From NCBI GenBank assembly GCA_964016885.1, contig OZ024755.1:10540001-10604000 (forward strand): a stretch of 64,000 nt of DNA. Reading direction: 5' to 3'. Shown piece after piece: positions 42,706 through 62,500 of the stretch. This stretch comes from Eledone cirrhosa. Its lineage: Eukaryota. The notes below the pieces were generated by a model. That model ran no database searches. It was not told the origin of the DNA and saw nothing but the letters and a program-made list of their open reading frames with translations. Within the stretch, counting starts at the first letter, position 1; each line of letters begins with the position of its first letter. The position numbers were made by a program, and so were the translations under genes.

Positions 42706-44728
42706 AACACTTATATATGAGTATACGCACGCGCATTAAAAAAGCGTTTTGCGAGTGTTGTTTTAAGAATATTTAATTAAGATTTATGTGATATCTCCTA
42801 TAAGTTGCAAAGGAATCAATTGTCTGAAAATTAAATAGATTAAAAGATTCTTTTTTTGTTTTTTGGTGGGGTGAGGTGGGATGGGGTGTCATTTCATTTT
42901 AGCAATGTATTGAAGTATGCGATACAAAATGCTGACATAAAAATGTAACAACTTGAAAGATAAAATGAGCATACTAAAGAATTATTTTATATATATATTT
43001 TATCGCTTACATTTACTACTTTTTTCTTATTATATGAATTATTTATGTGGCTTTCTTTTCTAAGCCCGTTTATTTAAAACATAGTTTAGAAACTATTGAT
43101 TGCGTATATTCAGTTCAGTATTTTATATAAACAAGAGGAAATAAAGTCCTGTTGGCTTTCGGAATACTGCCGTTAGCCATTGATATGTTCTTGTAATGCC
43201 ATATTTCCTTTTACGTTTCATAAAAGTTTATTATACCATAAGGACAAATAGTAAGGAAAGAATAACTTCAACGACAACAATATAGAAAGAAAAAGTGGAG
43301 CAATAGTGAATGGACAAACTCTACACAGTTGGCTAGAAAATTGTTTTCTGCTGCATCCCACGGACAAGATATCGAAAACAATGCATGGTAGAACAGTCTG
43401 CTATACACGTTACATCAACTATAGCGACTCACATCATGCTCTCGTTGATCTATTTGAGGAAAGCAAGGGACCTTCAGAACGAGGAAACTGGAGGTTTAGA
43501 TACCATTATGTATGCTGTAATGCAGTAGACAATACTGCGTTGGATAATTTGCTATTTTATATGAAGCCGAATAATCTCCGGAGATAATTTCGGAATTGAG
43601 TTAACGTATTCACCCTCCTCAAGACTAACCAACTTTTCTGCATTTTATGTTTAAGATGGGCCATGCTGGGTGCATTTTAATATTGTTTAAAATTGTTTTG
43701 AAAAATAAAATAACTTTTAAATTTATCTTCTAGAAGGTAAATAACTATTTTTCAGCGATATATTTTCGAAAGCTGAAATAAATATAAAAACAAATTACCG
43801 GAAAAAAAAAACATTATTAAATGTTGAATGGTAAAGTCTTTGGTAGATCACTCTGTAGTATTATTAGAACATTATATGCAGACAAGCGGATTTACATCAT
43901 TTCTTTTCGATTTCGAGGATAACCATATCTGTCTTCAGTTGTATGTTATTTGTCAACTCTACTTCCCCCTGCATGTTCTCCCTCAATGTTTCAGGATTGT
44001 ATTTCATAAAAATCAACAGCCAAGAGGATCTCACGCCCGTAATGAAGAAACAATGGCAGTTTTCAGTTTCCACAGATACAACTTCCGTGCAATTATCGTA
44101 ATTGCGGCTGGATATATATCTGCAATGAAAGTTTATTGTGTCGTAAGGGTAAGTATTTCCCATTATCAGTAAATTTACTGTGAGGAAGTGAATCACTTCG
44201 CCAACATCTACATAAATCCAGGTATCAGCATACGAACAACACATACACACACACACGTACATATATATATTTGTTTTGCAAGGTTTTTGACATGAAATTG
44301 TGTGTCGAAACAAATATTGTTATACTTCAGAAGGGTCATATTGTTCTAATATTGCCAGAAATAATAACAGAACACACTCATTGTTTGGTTGGTTTTCGCT
44401 TCTGTACCTTTTATATCTCCAGAGTCAATTTATTTGGCAATCAATGTTTATCATTGACTGACCAGTGGTTAAGAATACAGATATATATTTAAACATATAT
44501 TTATATATATTTATTTATATCTGTATTTTTTTATATTTTTCTGAATTTATATCTCTATTTTTTATATTATTTTGTATTTATCCTTTGTGATACTGCCTCT
44601 ATAGTTCTACTCCTGAAAAAGGGCTCAAGACCTACACGTCGACCTTTCTTTCCACTGTTTCATTTAAAGCGAGAAACTAATAAAACTTTTCCCCACTGGT
44701 TGTTGTTTTTTTTCTTGAACTATATATA

Positions 44729-45420
44729 CAGGTAAAAATCCGTTATAACGAGTTTTTCAGCATAAAGAAATTTATTTCAATGCTCGGTCACAAGCTTATT
44801 AAAAAAATAGATAAAAGAATATCGTTATAACGAAATTCATTACAACGAATATTTCAGTACAAAGAACGAAAGTTGAACCCAAGCAGCCAAAATTCCAACA
44901 ATCGATCTGAAACATGCAATTGACACAATAGAAGCAGTATGAAGGACAACGGAAAAGCATACAACTGTAAAATGTTGGCAAACGTTCGTTTTTGTTTTTT
45001 TTTACATTAGAAACGGACCTTGGTGATAAGGAAATAGATTTCGAAGTAAAAGTACATGATGAAGAAATTCAACAGCTGTGGAATTCAGTTTCAGTTATAA
45101 AATATTTTCAGAAATTTATTATTGTAGATGATTGGCATTATCGGGAGAGGGACGGACGCCATGCTTTGACGCATAGAGTTACGGCCTTTGCCATTCTGAG
45201 TTCAAATCCCGCCGAGGTTTACTTTGCCTTTCATCCTTACGGTATCGATTAAATAAAAAGTAATGCACTGGTGAATTGGTGGCCTTGTGCTCAAAGTAGA
45301 AACAATTATTGTAGATGATTGATTGTTAGAATCTCATGAGCTAAGAGACTATGATATAGCCAAAGGTGTTAGGGAACCAGAAGAAAGTGAAAATGAAATT
45401 CAAAGAAGCGCTTTGACTCA
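44729..45420 (+). mobile_element. Internally deleted pogo/Tigger-like DNA transposon fragment (second copy from 46462)
   Basis: TA|caggtaaaaatccgttataacg TIR-like start with repeated gttataacga; PTIDLKHAID(T/M)IEAV*..HTTVKCWQTFVF resembles the pogo transposase motif IxLxxAIxMIxxAWxxVxxxTIxNCWxKxGF; acidic tail follows. Confidence 0.7.
45135..45304 (+). mobile_element. Family A SINE with 17-bp TSD inserted in the Tigger fragment (duplicate ~46872-47032)
   Basis: TSD attattgtagatgattg at 45118-45134 and 45305-45321; B-box gagttcaaatcccgccgagg. Confidence 0.9.
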
Positions 45421-47504
45421 ATCCCCAAATACTATTTTTTTTTCGAAACCGAATTGTTAATCTGGATTTTCAACTGATCATTCTTACATACCAATACGTA
45501 TCTCTCAGTAGTCTGTCACCATTTATCTGTTTTTTTATTTTTATATTTGGACGGAAAATAATCAAGTCGTAAGAATCAAGGGGTGTTTTATGTACATAAT
45601 CTATTCATATATATGTTATATTTCGAGGATAACCATATCTGTCTTCAGTTGTATGTTATTTGTCAACTCTACTTCCCCCTGCATGTTCTCCTCAATGTTT
45701 TCAGGATTGTATTTCATAAAAATCAACAGCCAAGAGGATCTCACGCCCGTAATGAAGAAACGATGGCAGTTTTCAGTTTTCACAGATACAACTTCCGTGC
45801 AATTAACAAAATTGCGGCTGGATATATATCTGCAATGAAAGTTTATTGTGGCATAAGGGTAAGTGAGTCACTGTGCCAACATCTACATAAATCCAGGTAT
45901 CAGCATACGAACAATACATACACACACACGTACATATATATATTTGTTTTGCAAGGTTTTTGACATGAAATTGTGTGTCGAAACAAATATTGTTATACTT
46001 GAGGAGGGTCATATTGTTCTAATATTGCCGGAAATAATAACAGAACACACTCATTGTTTGGTTGGTTTTCGCTTCTGTACCTTTTATATCTCCAGAGTTA
46101 ATTTATTTGGCAATCAATGTTTATCATTGACTGACCAATGGTTAAAAATACAGATATATATTTATACATATATATTTATACATATATATTTATATATATT
46201 TATATATATATATATTTATATATATATATATTTATATATATATATTTATTTATATCTGTATTTTTCATATTTTTCTGTATTTATATCTCTGTTTTTATAT
46301 TATTTTGTATTTATCCTTTGTGATACTGCCTCTATAGTTCTACTCCTGAAAATGGGCTCAAGCCCTACACGTCGACCTTTCTTTCCCCTGTTTCATTTAA
46401 AGCTAGAAACTAATAAAACTTTTCCCCACTGGTTGTTGTTTTTTTTCTTGAACTATATATACAGGTAAAAATCCGTTATAACGAATTTTTCAGCATAAAG
46501 AAATTTATTTCAATCCCCGGTCACAAGCTTATTAAAACAAAGATAAAAGAATATCGTTATAACTAAATTCATTACAACGAATATTTCAGTACAAAGAACG
46601 AAAGTTGAAACCCAAGCAGCCAAAATTCCAACAATCGATCTGAAACATGCAATTGACATGATAGAAGCAGTATGAAGGACAATGGAAAATCATACAACTG
46701 TAAAATGTTGGCAAACGTTCGTTTTTGTTGTTTTTTTTAACATTAGAAACGGACCTTGGTGATAAGGAAATAGATTTCGAAGTAAAAGTACATGATGAAG
46801 AAATTCAACAGTTGTGGAATTCAGTTTCAGGTATGAAATATTTTCAGAAATGTATTATTGTAGATGATTGGCATTATCAGTAGAGAGACGGACGCCATGC
46901 TTTGAGTTACGGCCCTTGCCATTCTGAGTTAAAATCCCGCCGAGGTTTACTTTGCCTTTCATCCTTACGGTATCGATAAAATAAAAGGTAATGCACTGGT
47001 GAATTGGTGGCTTTGTTCCCAAAGTAGAAACAATTATTGTAGATGATTGATTGTTAGTCTCTTAGCTCATGGGATTCTATGATATAGCCAAAGGTGTTAG
47101 GGAACAGAAGAAAGTGAAAAAGAAAATGAAATTCAAAGAAGCGCTTTGTCTCAATCCCCAAATACTATTATTTTTTTCGAAACCGAATTGTTAATCTGGA
47201 TTTTCAACTGATCATTCTTACATACCAATTCGTATCTCTCAGTAGTCTGTCACCATTTATCTGTTTTTTTATTTTTATATTTGGACGGAAAATAATCAAG
47301 TCGTAAGAATCAAAGGGTGTTTTGTATACATAATTTATCATATATATATGTGTGTATATATATATACATATGTGTATGTATATATATTTATACATATATG
47401 TGTGTATATATATATATATATAAATATGTGTGTGTGCGTATATATATATGTGCGTATATATATATACATATATATATATGTGTATACATATATATATATG
47501 TGTA

Positions 47505-47535
<31 letters not shown>

Positions 47536-47717
47536 GTGTATACATATATATATATGTGTATATATATATATATATATGTGCGTATATACATATATATATA
47601 TATATATGTGCGTATATATATATATGTGCGTATATATATATATATATGTGCGTATATATATATATATATGTGTATATATATACATATGTGTGTGTATATA
47701 TATATATACACATATAT

Positions 47718-48252
47718 GTCGGGTCACTCTTGAGTGTTACTGGTAACATGTAATCCAATACAACCTGTCGCATGGTCGGGTCGTCGGCGACTAAACCGGC
47801 AACCCCACCAAGTTTACTTGGTGAGGGGGTGATTTTGGACATCCTGCAAGACAAAAAACAAAACCTGAAAAAGGGCGGAAGAACTCATAAGAGTCAACGG
47901 CCATCCAAAATTGTGTAAATATGTATATGCGCGGGGACATAAAAATAGTCGGGCTGAACACCCGATCGCGCGGTTAAACCACTGGGAGTGAAGGACCCTT
48001 AGCTTTATCAGGGCATTCTTCTAGGAGAAGGCAACACAGGAAACTCCGATATAGAACCTGCGGCTCAGTAGTTACCGATGATGTTGATCTTTTCAAGTTA
48101 TAGCTACTGTGGCTCAGAGAGTGGGATTGGATCAGTACACAGTCTTTCCTCACTTTAAAAAATATCTTCACGTACAGGCATTGCACGTTAGAATTAATTA
48201 ATAATGGTATATCGTGCAATGGCCATAGTCGATAACGAGGGGGCAGCCATCA
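47718..48252 (+). mobile_element. Diverged relative of the RTE-derived bipartite element, copy 4
   Basis: Same 5' region (gtcgggtcac..tactggtaacatg..gtcgggtcgtcggcgactaaacc), ctaggagaagg motif and 3' end tcgataacgaggggcagccatca; lacks the zinc-finger segment. Confidence 0.75.
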
Positions 48253-48486
48253 TATACATATATGCGTGTGTGTATATATATATATATGCGTATGTGTGTA
48301 TATATATATATATATGCATGTGTGTATATATATATATATAGTGAAAGAACAACGAATAACATGGTCGGCTGTATAAAAAGGGTTTTATTTAGTGTTAACT
48401 ATTGTTTCATTGATAAGGTGAGTCTAACTTGTAGCATACATAGACCATTCTGCTTTCTTTACCCATCCTACGGAAATACTTCTTAC

Positions 48487-54049
<5,563 letters not shown>

Positions 54050-54194
54050 ACGGCAATGAATTAGTTTTGCGAGGTTTTTTACATGAAATCATGTGTCGAA
54101 ACAAATATTGTTATACCTGGAGAGGGTCATATTGCCAGAATTAATAACAGAACACACACATATATATAGATATATATATATATACATACATATA

Positions 54195-54228
<34 letters not shown>

Positions 54229-54232
<4 letters not shown>

Positions 54233-54428
54233 ACAGACCCTCCATCTCAACTCACCTTTTGAAAAGCAGAAGAACTGCGAAACCGGTAAAGGAACCAAAT
54301 AAATATATATATTTTTTTAAAAAATAAGACTTCAGTTGCATTTTCGATTTCATCCCTTTTTCTTTATAGTTCCACTCGTGTAGGACACCTCGGTTATTTT
54401 TCATTTTGTAAAAAAAACCTCACTTTTT
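54229..54428 (+). mobile_element. Solo PLE pLTR copy with U3-A8 hammerhead (54255-54292)
   Basis: Nearly identical to 16023-16225. Confidence 0.85.
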
Positions 54429-54443
54429 AATATATATATATAC

Positions 54444-54474
<31 letters not shown>

Positions 54475-54565
54475 CAAACATATATATATACATAAATATA
54501 TAGATACGTATATATATATAAATACATATATATATATATATACATATATATGTATATATATACAC

Positions 54566-54608
<43 letters not shown>

Positions 54609-54648
54609 TATACATTATATATATACATATATATATACATATATATAC

Positions 54649-54739
<91 letters not shown>

Positions 54740-54812
54740 CATATATATATATATATACATACATATATATATACATATATATATACATATATATATACAT
54801 ATATATATATAC

Positions 54813-54869
<57 letters not shown>

Positions 54870-55850
54870 GATATATATATATAGATAGATATATAGATAT
54901 ATATATATAGATAGATATATAGATATATATATATAGATAGATATATAGATATAGATATATAGATAGACTTGACTCATTCTCCCCATCTTTGTTTGTTTAC
55001 GTGTCCCAACGACTTTCTTTAGCCGTTGCACGCACCAACCAGTGGTATATGGTCTTTAAAGCGATGAAATACCAATGAAGGACTAAGTTTATTCATATGT
55101 AACCCATTTGCAACCACGCCATGTTTTCATATATACATACATATATATAGGGTTTTGTTCGACTTTTCAGAAACACACATTTCATATAGATTTTTTTTTC
55201 AACACTCATTTCATATAGATTCTTTTTTCGACTTTTCAAAAACTATATATATATATATATACACACACATTCGTAATAAAATTCTAAGGTTTGCATCTTA
55301 TTTCCAGAAACAGATTTACCTGTAATATATATGTTACCCGCTTGACATAAGTATATTTATTACCATAAAAATTGTTCCGTATATACATTCAAAATTACTT
55401 TATATATATAGAAACGGAATGAGTGAGATAACACACGGAATATTTGAGACGTGTTATCTCCCTTTCCGTTTCTATATTTTTTTTAAAAAAGTAAATAAAA
55501 TTTTACCTATAAATATATCTATTTCACTTAGTAGAATTGCGGCTTGTGCGTGGCGATGCGCGCAACGGCTCGGACGTCGTCGGCTACGTATGTATGTGTC
55601 GTTTCCATACTATGTATCCCAAGTTCGAATCGTTGTGGTGTGCACGTGGCTACGGCGGCTGGGATGTTTGCAGGCTGGCTATATGCTGGCCTGCGTCCTA
55701 GACCACGACGAGAATCCGCCTTACCCCCTTTTGCTAAAAAATGTTAGAATTATCTCCCTTTATTTAACTCTTTTTCAATTGACTTCCGGTTGTTTGAAAG
55801 AAAACAGATTTCTTATGACTATTCAAAATCACATAGATTTATTTTTGAAT

Positions 55851-58827
55851 ACACTTATTTCATTTCGACTTTTCAAAAACATACATTTCATATAGATTTT
55901 TTTTTTCGACTTTTCAAAAACACTCATTTCATATAGATTTTTTTTTCGACTTTTCAAAAACACTTATTTCATATAGAATTTTTTTTCGACAACATACATT
56001 TCATATAGATTTTTTTTTTTTCGACTTTTCAAAAACATACATTTCATATAGATTTTTTTTCCGACTTTTCAAAAACACTCATTTCATATAGATTTTTTTT
56101 TCAACTTTTGAAAAACACACATTTCATATAGATTTATTTTTCGACTTTTGAAAAACACTCATTTCATATAGATTTTTTTTTCGACTTTTGAAAAACACAC
56201 ATTTCATATAGATTTTTTTTTTCGACTTTTGAAAAACATTAATTTCATATAGATTTATTTTTCGACTTTTGAAAAACACTCATTTCATATAGATTTTTTT
56301 TTCGACTTTTGAAAAACACACATTTCATATAGAATTTTTTTTGACACTTTCAAAAACACACATTTCATATAGAATTTTTTTTGACACTTTCGAAAACACA
56401 CATTTCATATAGAATTTTTTTTGACACTTTCAAAAACACACATTTCATATAGATTTTTTTTTCGACATTTGAAAAACACACATTTCATATAGAATTTTTT
56501 TTCGACTTTTGAAAAACACTCATTTCATATAGATTTTTTTTTCGACTTTTGAAAAACAGTCATTTCATATAGATTTTTTTTTTCGACATTTGAAAAACAC
56601 ACATTTCATATAGATTTTTTTCTCGACTTTTGAAAAACGTTCATTTCATATAGATTTTTTTCTCGACTTTTGAAAAACACACATTTCATATAGATTTTTT
56701 TTTCGACTTTTGAAAAACACACATTTCATATAGATTTTTTTTTCGACTTTTGAAAAACACACATTTCATATAGATTTTTTTTTCGACTTTTGAAAAACAC
56801 TCATTTCATATAGATTTTTTTTTCGACTTTTGAAAACATTAATTTCATATAGATTTATTTTTTGACTTTTGAAAAACATTAATTTCATATAGATTTATTT
56901 TTCGACTTTTGAAAAACACACATTTCATATAGAATTTTTTTTGACACTTTCAAAAACACACATTTCATATAGAATTTTTTTTGACACTTTCGAAAACACA
57001 CATTTCATATAGAATTTTTTTTGACACTTTCAAAAACACACATTTCATATAAATTTTTTTTTCGACATTTGAAAAACACACATTTCATATAGAATTTTTT
57101 TTGACTTTTGAAAAACATTAATTTCATATAGATTTATTTTTCGACTTTTGAAAAACACATACTTCATATATAATTTTGTTTCGACTTTTGAAAAACACAC
57201 ATTTCATATAGAATTTTTTTTGACACTTTCAAAAACACACATTTCATATAGAATTTTTTTGACACTTTCAAAAACACACATTCATATAGATTTTTTTTTC
57301 GACTTTTGAAAAACACACATTTCATATAGATTTTTTTTTCGACTTTTGAAAAACACTCATTTCATATAGATTTTTTTTTCGACTTTTGAAAAACATTAAT
57401 TTCATATAGATTTATTTTTTGACTTTTGAAAAACATTAATTTCATATAGATTTATTTTTCGACTTTTGAAAAACACACATTTCATATAGAATTTTTTTTC
57501 GACTTTTGAAAAACACACATTTCATATAGAATTTTTTTTGACACTTTCAAAAACACACATTTCATATAGAATTTTTTTGACACTTTCAAAAACACACATT
57601 TCATATAGAATTTTTTTTCGACTTTTGAAAAACACTCATTTCATATAGAATTTTTTTTCGACTTTTGAAAAACATTCATTTGATATAGATTTATTTTTCG
57701 ACTTTTGAAAAACACATACTTCATATATAATTTTGTTTCGACTTTTGAAAAACACACATTTCATATAGAATTTTTTTTCGACTTTTGAAAAACACACATT
57801 TCATATAGAATTTTTTTTGACACTTTCAAAAACACACATTTCATATAGAATTTTTTTGACACTTTCAAAAACACACATTTCATATAGAATTTTTTTTCGA
57901 CTTTTGAAAAACACTCATTTCATATAGAATTTTTTTTCGACTTTTGAAAAACATTCATTTGATATAGATTTATTTTTCGACTTTTGAAAAACACATACTT
58001 CATATATAATTTTGTTTCGACTTTTGAAAAACACACATTTCATATAGAATTTTTTTTCGACTTTTGAAAAACACACATTTCATATAGAATTTTTTTTGAC
58101 ACTTTCAAAAACACACATTTCATATAGAATTTTTTTGACACTTTCAAAAACACACATTTCATATAGAATTTTTTTTGACACTTTCAAGAACACACATTTC
58201 ATATAGAATTTTTTTGACACTTTCAAAAACACACATTTCATATAGAATTTTTTTTCGACTTTTGAAAAACACTCATTTCATATAGATTTTTTTTTCGACT
58301 TTTGAAAAACACTCATTTCATATAGATTTTTTTTTCGACATTTGAAAAACACACATTTCATATAGATTTTTTTTTCGACATTAGAAAAACACACACTTCA
58401 TATAGAATTTTTTTTCGACTTTTGAAAAACACCAATTTCATATAGAATTTTATTTCAACCTTTGAAAAACACACATTTCATATAGAATTTTTTTGACACT
58501 TTCAAAAACACACATTTCATATAGAATTTTTTTTCGACTTTTAAAAAACACACATTTCATATAGAATTTTTTTTGACACTTTCAAAAACACACATTTCAT
58601 ATAGAATTTTTTTTCGACCTTTGAAAAACACATTTCATATAGAATTTGTTTTCAACTTTTAAAAAACACACATTTCATATAGAATTTTTTTTGACACTTT
58701 CAAAAACACACATTTCATATAGAATTTTTTTTGACACTTTCAAAAACACACATTTCATATAGAATTTTTTTTCGACTCTTCAGAAACATATTTCATACAG
58801 AATTTTTTTCGACTTTTCAAAAAAACA
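55851..58827. repeat. ~40-bp satellite array, roughly 75 monomers
   Basis: Consensus catttcatataga(a/t)tttttttcgacttttgaaaaacaca; a few stray monomers also at 55150-55245. Confidence 0.97.
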
Positions 58828-58911
58828 TTCTTAGTTTCTTTATTTAGAAACTTCATATACACTTACGTTCTTTACAGTACGTTTTACTCAGTTTCTTGTA
58901 GACTCTTGATT

Positions 58912-59100
58912 TCTTCATTCATTTTTGTCAAGAACAAAATTTATATATAGTATGTAAACTTCCTTTATTCATTCTCGTCAAAATAAAATGAACACAATTC
59001 GTATATATGTAAACTTCCTTTATTCATTTTTGTCAAAATAATATGAACACAATTCGTATAAAATATGTAAACTTTATTCATTTTTGTCAAAATAAAATAA
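58912..59100. repeat. ~55-bp minisatellite, ~3.5 copies
   Basis: tatgtaaacttcctttattcatttttgtcaaaataaaatgaacacaattcgtata repeated. Confidence 0.85.
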
Positions 59101-59259
59101 AAATTTTCTTTATTAACAGGAACTACGCCATTCCCACTTGTTACGGCAAACAACAGAGGATATGAACTTGAAGGCTGGAGATCTGTAAAAAGAAATGAAC
59201 ATACGTTATCAATAAAAAGAATATTAAACTTAATAAAATTTTGCATTTTATTATATATT

Positions 59260-59541
59260 CATTCTTAGTTTCCTCTATTTAAATGTATATAAAATTGTTT
59301 CTACATTTGGCACAAGGCCAGCAAATACCCATTACATTACTGCTACTTTATTTTATCGACTCCGTAAGGATGAAAGGCAAAGTTAACCTCGACAGGATTT
59401 GAAATGAAGTCGAGGTTAACTTTGCCTTTCATCCTTACAATGTCGAAAAAATAAAGTTCCAGTAATGTACTATGCAATTGCTGGCCTTGTGCCAAATCTA
59501 GAAACAATCTATGTACATTTAAATAGAGGAAACTAAGAATG
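59260..59541. repeat. Inverted pair of family A SINE 3' halves including shared flank
   Basis: Arms 59260-59393 and 59409-59541; both end in the non-SINE flank atttaaatagaggaaactaagaatg. Confidence 0.85.
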
Positions 59542-62500
59542 TATATGAAGTTTCTTAAAGAAAGAGAATACGAATGTAGATGAAGTGCATAAAGAAAGAA
59601 ACTTCTTTTGTTTTTTTAGGAATACCAATGACGAAAAAAGAAACTGAGAATGTAAAAGTATATATACACATACATGTATATATATAACAATACATGTATA
59701 TATACATGCATATATATACATGTACATATATATATACATGTATATATATATATATCCATGTATATATATGTACATATAAATATATACAAGTATATATATA
59801 TACCAATACATATAAATATATACATGTATATATATATGAAGTGTTGAAAAGGACCAAAGAAACAAAATGAAGTTTCCTAAGAGGAAACTAATAATGTAAA
59901 TGTTATGTAGGTTAAAGTGATATCGATCTAGTTAACACTGATCAGCAGTTAATCTTTGATTACGATGATTATATCTAAAAAGAATTCGTTCAAAATTTAA
60001 GTCGTCGGGCTTTACAATCGTGAGTTCTATTCTCACACCGGATTTTGCGTTAGTTCTTGAATAGGACACTTTATTTCACGTTGCTCCAAATCACACAGTA
60101 GAAATTAGTTGGACAACAAAAGGTTTCTTTCTACGTACAAAAGAAGACATATGTGCGAGAAATAAAGCTCCCATGCTTCATTGGGTGCGAAAGATAATAA
60201 AAATGTAGCTGTATATAGAGGTTTCTTAGAAGGAAAGCTATATTCCTGTAGAGAGAATGTTTATATATTTTTCTTAGTAGACAGTATATAGATTTATATG
60301 TATGTCTCTGAAAAGAGAACATAGTAAAACGTATTTTTCTGTCTCTAAAATATCTGCTAGTCTTGACAAGGTTTACTATGTATTCAATAAAGAAAGATCT
60401 ACAGAATGATATTTATAGAAAGAAATTTGAGTTATATTTCTTAGAAAGTATGTATATAGTATCTAGATGGATTAGTTTCTGTCTCAAAAATATCTGCTAG
60501 TGTTGACAATGTATTCAATAAAGAAAGATCTACAGAATGATGTTTATAGATAGAAATTTGAGTTGTATTTCTTAGAAAGTATGTATATAGTGGGGTGGGG
60601 TGCTTAGTTTAGTTTCTTAGAAGAGGTAACACAATTTGTATGATATTTTATTTAAAAGAAAACATGTGTCGAGAAGTACTGGGTAATTGCTGGCTTTGTG
60701 CAAAATCTAGAAACAATTATATATAGAGGAAACTAAGAATGTATATGAAGTTTCTTAAAGAAAGAGAATACGAATGTAGATGAAGTGCATAAAGAAAGAA
60801 ACTTCCTTTGTTTTTTTAGGAATACCAATGACGAAAAATGAAACTGAGAATGTAAAAGTATATATACACATACATGTATATATATATAATCATACATATA
60901 TATATAACAATACATGTATATATATATATATATATACATGCATATATATACATGTATATATACATGTACATATATATATACATGTATATATATATATCCA
61001 TGTATATATATATACATGTACATACATACATGTCTATATACATATATATAATCATACATGTATATATATAATCATACATATAAATATATATACCAATACA
61101 TATAAATATATACATGTATATATATATGAAGTGTTGAAAAGGACCAAAGAAACAAAATGAAGTTTCCTAAGAGGAAACTAATAATGTAAATGTTATGTAG
61201 GTTAAACTGATATCGATCTAGTTAACACTGATCAGCAGTTAATCTTTGATTACGATGATTATATCTAAAAAGAATTCGTTCAAAATTTAAGTCGTCGGGC
61301 TTTACAATCGCGAGTTCTATTCTCACACCGGATTTTGCGTTAGTTCTTGAATAGGACACTTTATTTCACGTTGCTCCAAATCACACAGTAGAAATTAGTT
61401 GGACAACAAAAGGTTTCTTTCTACGTACAAAAGAAGACATATGTGCGAGAAATAAAGCTCCCATGCTTCATTGGGTGCGAAAGATAATAAAAATGTAGCT
61501 GTATATAGAGGTTTCTTAGAAGGAAAGCTATATTCCTGTAGAGAGAATGTTTATATATTTTTCTTAGTAGACAGTATATAGATTTATATGTATGTCTCTG
61601 AAAAGAGAACATAGTAAAACGTATTTTTTCTGTCTCTAAAATATCTGCTAGTCTTGACAAGGTTTACTATGTATTCAATAAAGAAAGATCTACAGAATGA
61701 TATTTATAGAAAGAAATTTGAGTTATATTTCTTAGAAAGTATGTATATAGTATCTAGATGGATTAGTTTCTGTCTCAAAAATATCTGCTAGTGTTGACAA
61801 TGTATTCAATAAAGAAAGATCTACAGAATGATGTTTATAGATAGAAATTTGAGTTGTATTTCTTAGAAAGTATGTATATAGTGGGGGGGGGGCTTAGTTT
61901 AGTTTCTTAGAAGAGGTAACACAATTTGTATGATATTTTATTTAAAAGAAAACATATGTCGAGAAGTACTGGGTAATTGCTGGCTTTGTGCAAAATCTAG
62001 AAACAATTATATATAGATTTAAATAGAGGAAACTAAGAATGTATATGAAGTTTCTTAAAGAAAGAAAATACGAATGTAGATGAAGTGCATAAAGAAAGAA
62101 ACTTCCTTTGTTTTTTAGGAATGTCAATGACGAAAAAAGAAAGTAAGAATGTAAATGAAGTGTTGAAAAGGAACAAAGAAAGTAAATGAAGTTTCCTAAG
62201 AGGAAACTAATAAGGTAAATGTTACGTAGGTTAAAGTGACATCCATCTAGTTAACAGTGATCAACAGTTAATCCATGATTATATCTAAAAAGAATTCGTT
62301 CAAAATTTAAGTCGGTGGGATTTACAATCGTGAGTTCGATTCTCACACCAGATTTTGCGCTGTGTTCTTGAACAGGACACTTTATTTCACGTTGCTCCAA
62401 ATCACACAGTAGAGATTAGTTGGACAACAAAAGGTTTCTTTCTACGTACAAGAGAAGTCATGTGTGCGAGAAATAAAACTGCCATGCTTCATTGGGTGTG

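Larger units (their letters stand above)
43911..47338. repeat. Direct tandem duplication, unit ~1710 bp (43911-45620, 45621-47338)
   Basis: Both units start tttcgaggataaccatatctg and align throughout with scattered substitutions and indels. Confidence 0.95.

Noticed and set aside
43306-43587. 93-aa ORF, possibly a decayed RTE C-terminus
   Set aside because: Only vague motif resemblance; unsupported as a gene or as a confident TE fragment.
55419-55895. 158-aa ORF (and 113-aa ORF 63037..63378) in the terminal repeats as a gene pair
   Set aside because: Only patchy similarity with indels between copies, no recognisable domain; consistent with non-coding GC-richer repeat.
55851-58827. CRISPR-like array
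   Set aside because: Monomers are head-to-tail with no unique spacers, there are no cas genes, and the context is eukaryotic.
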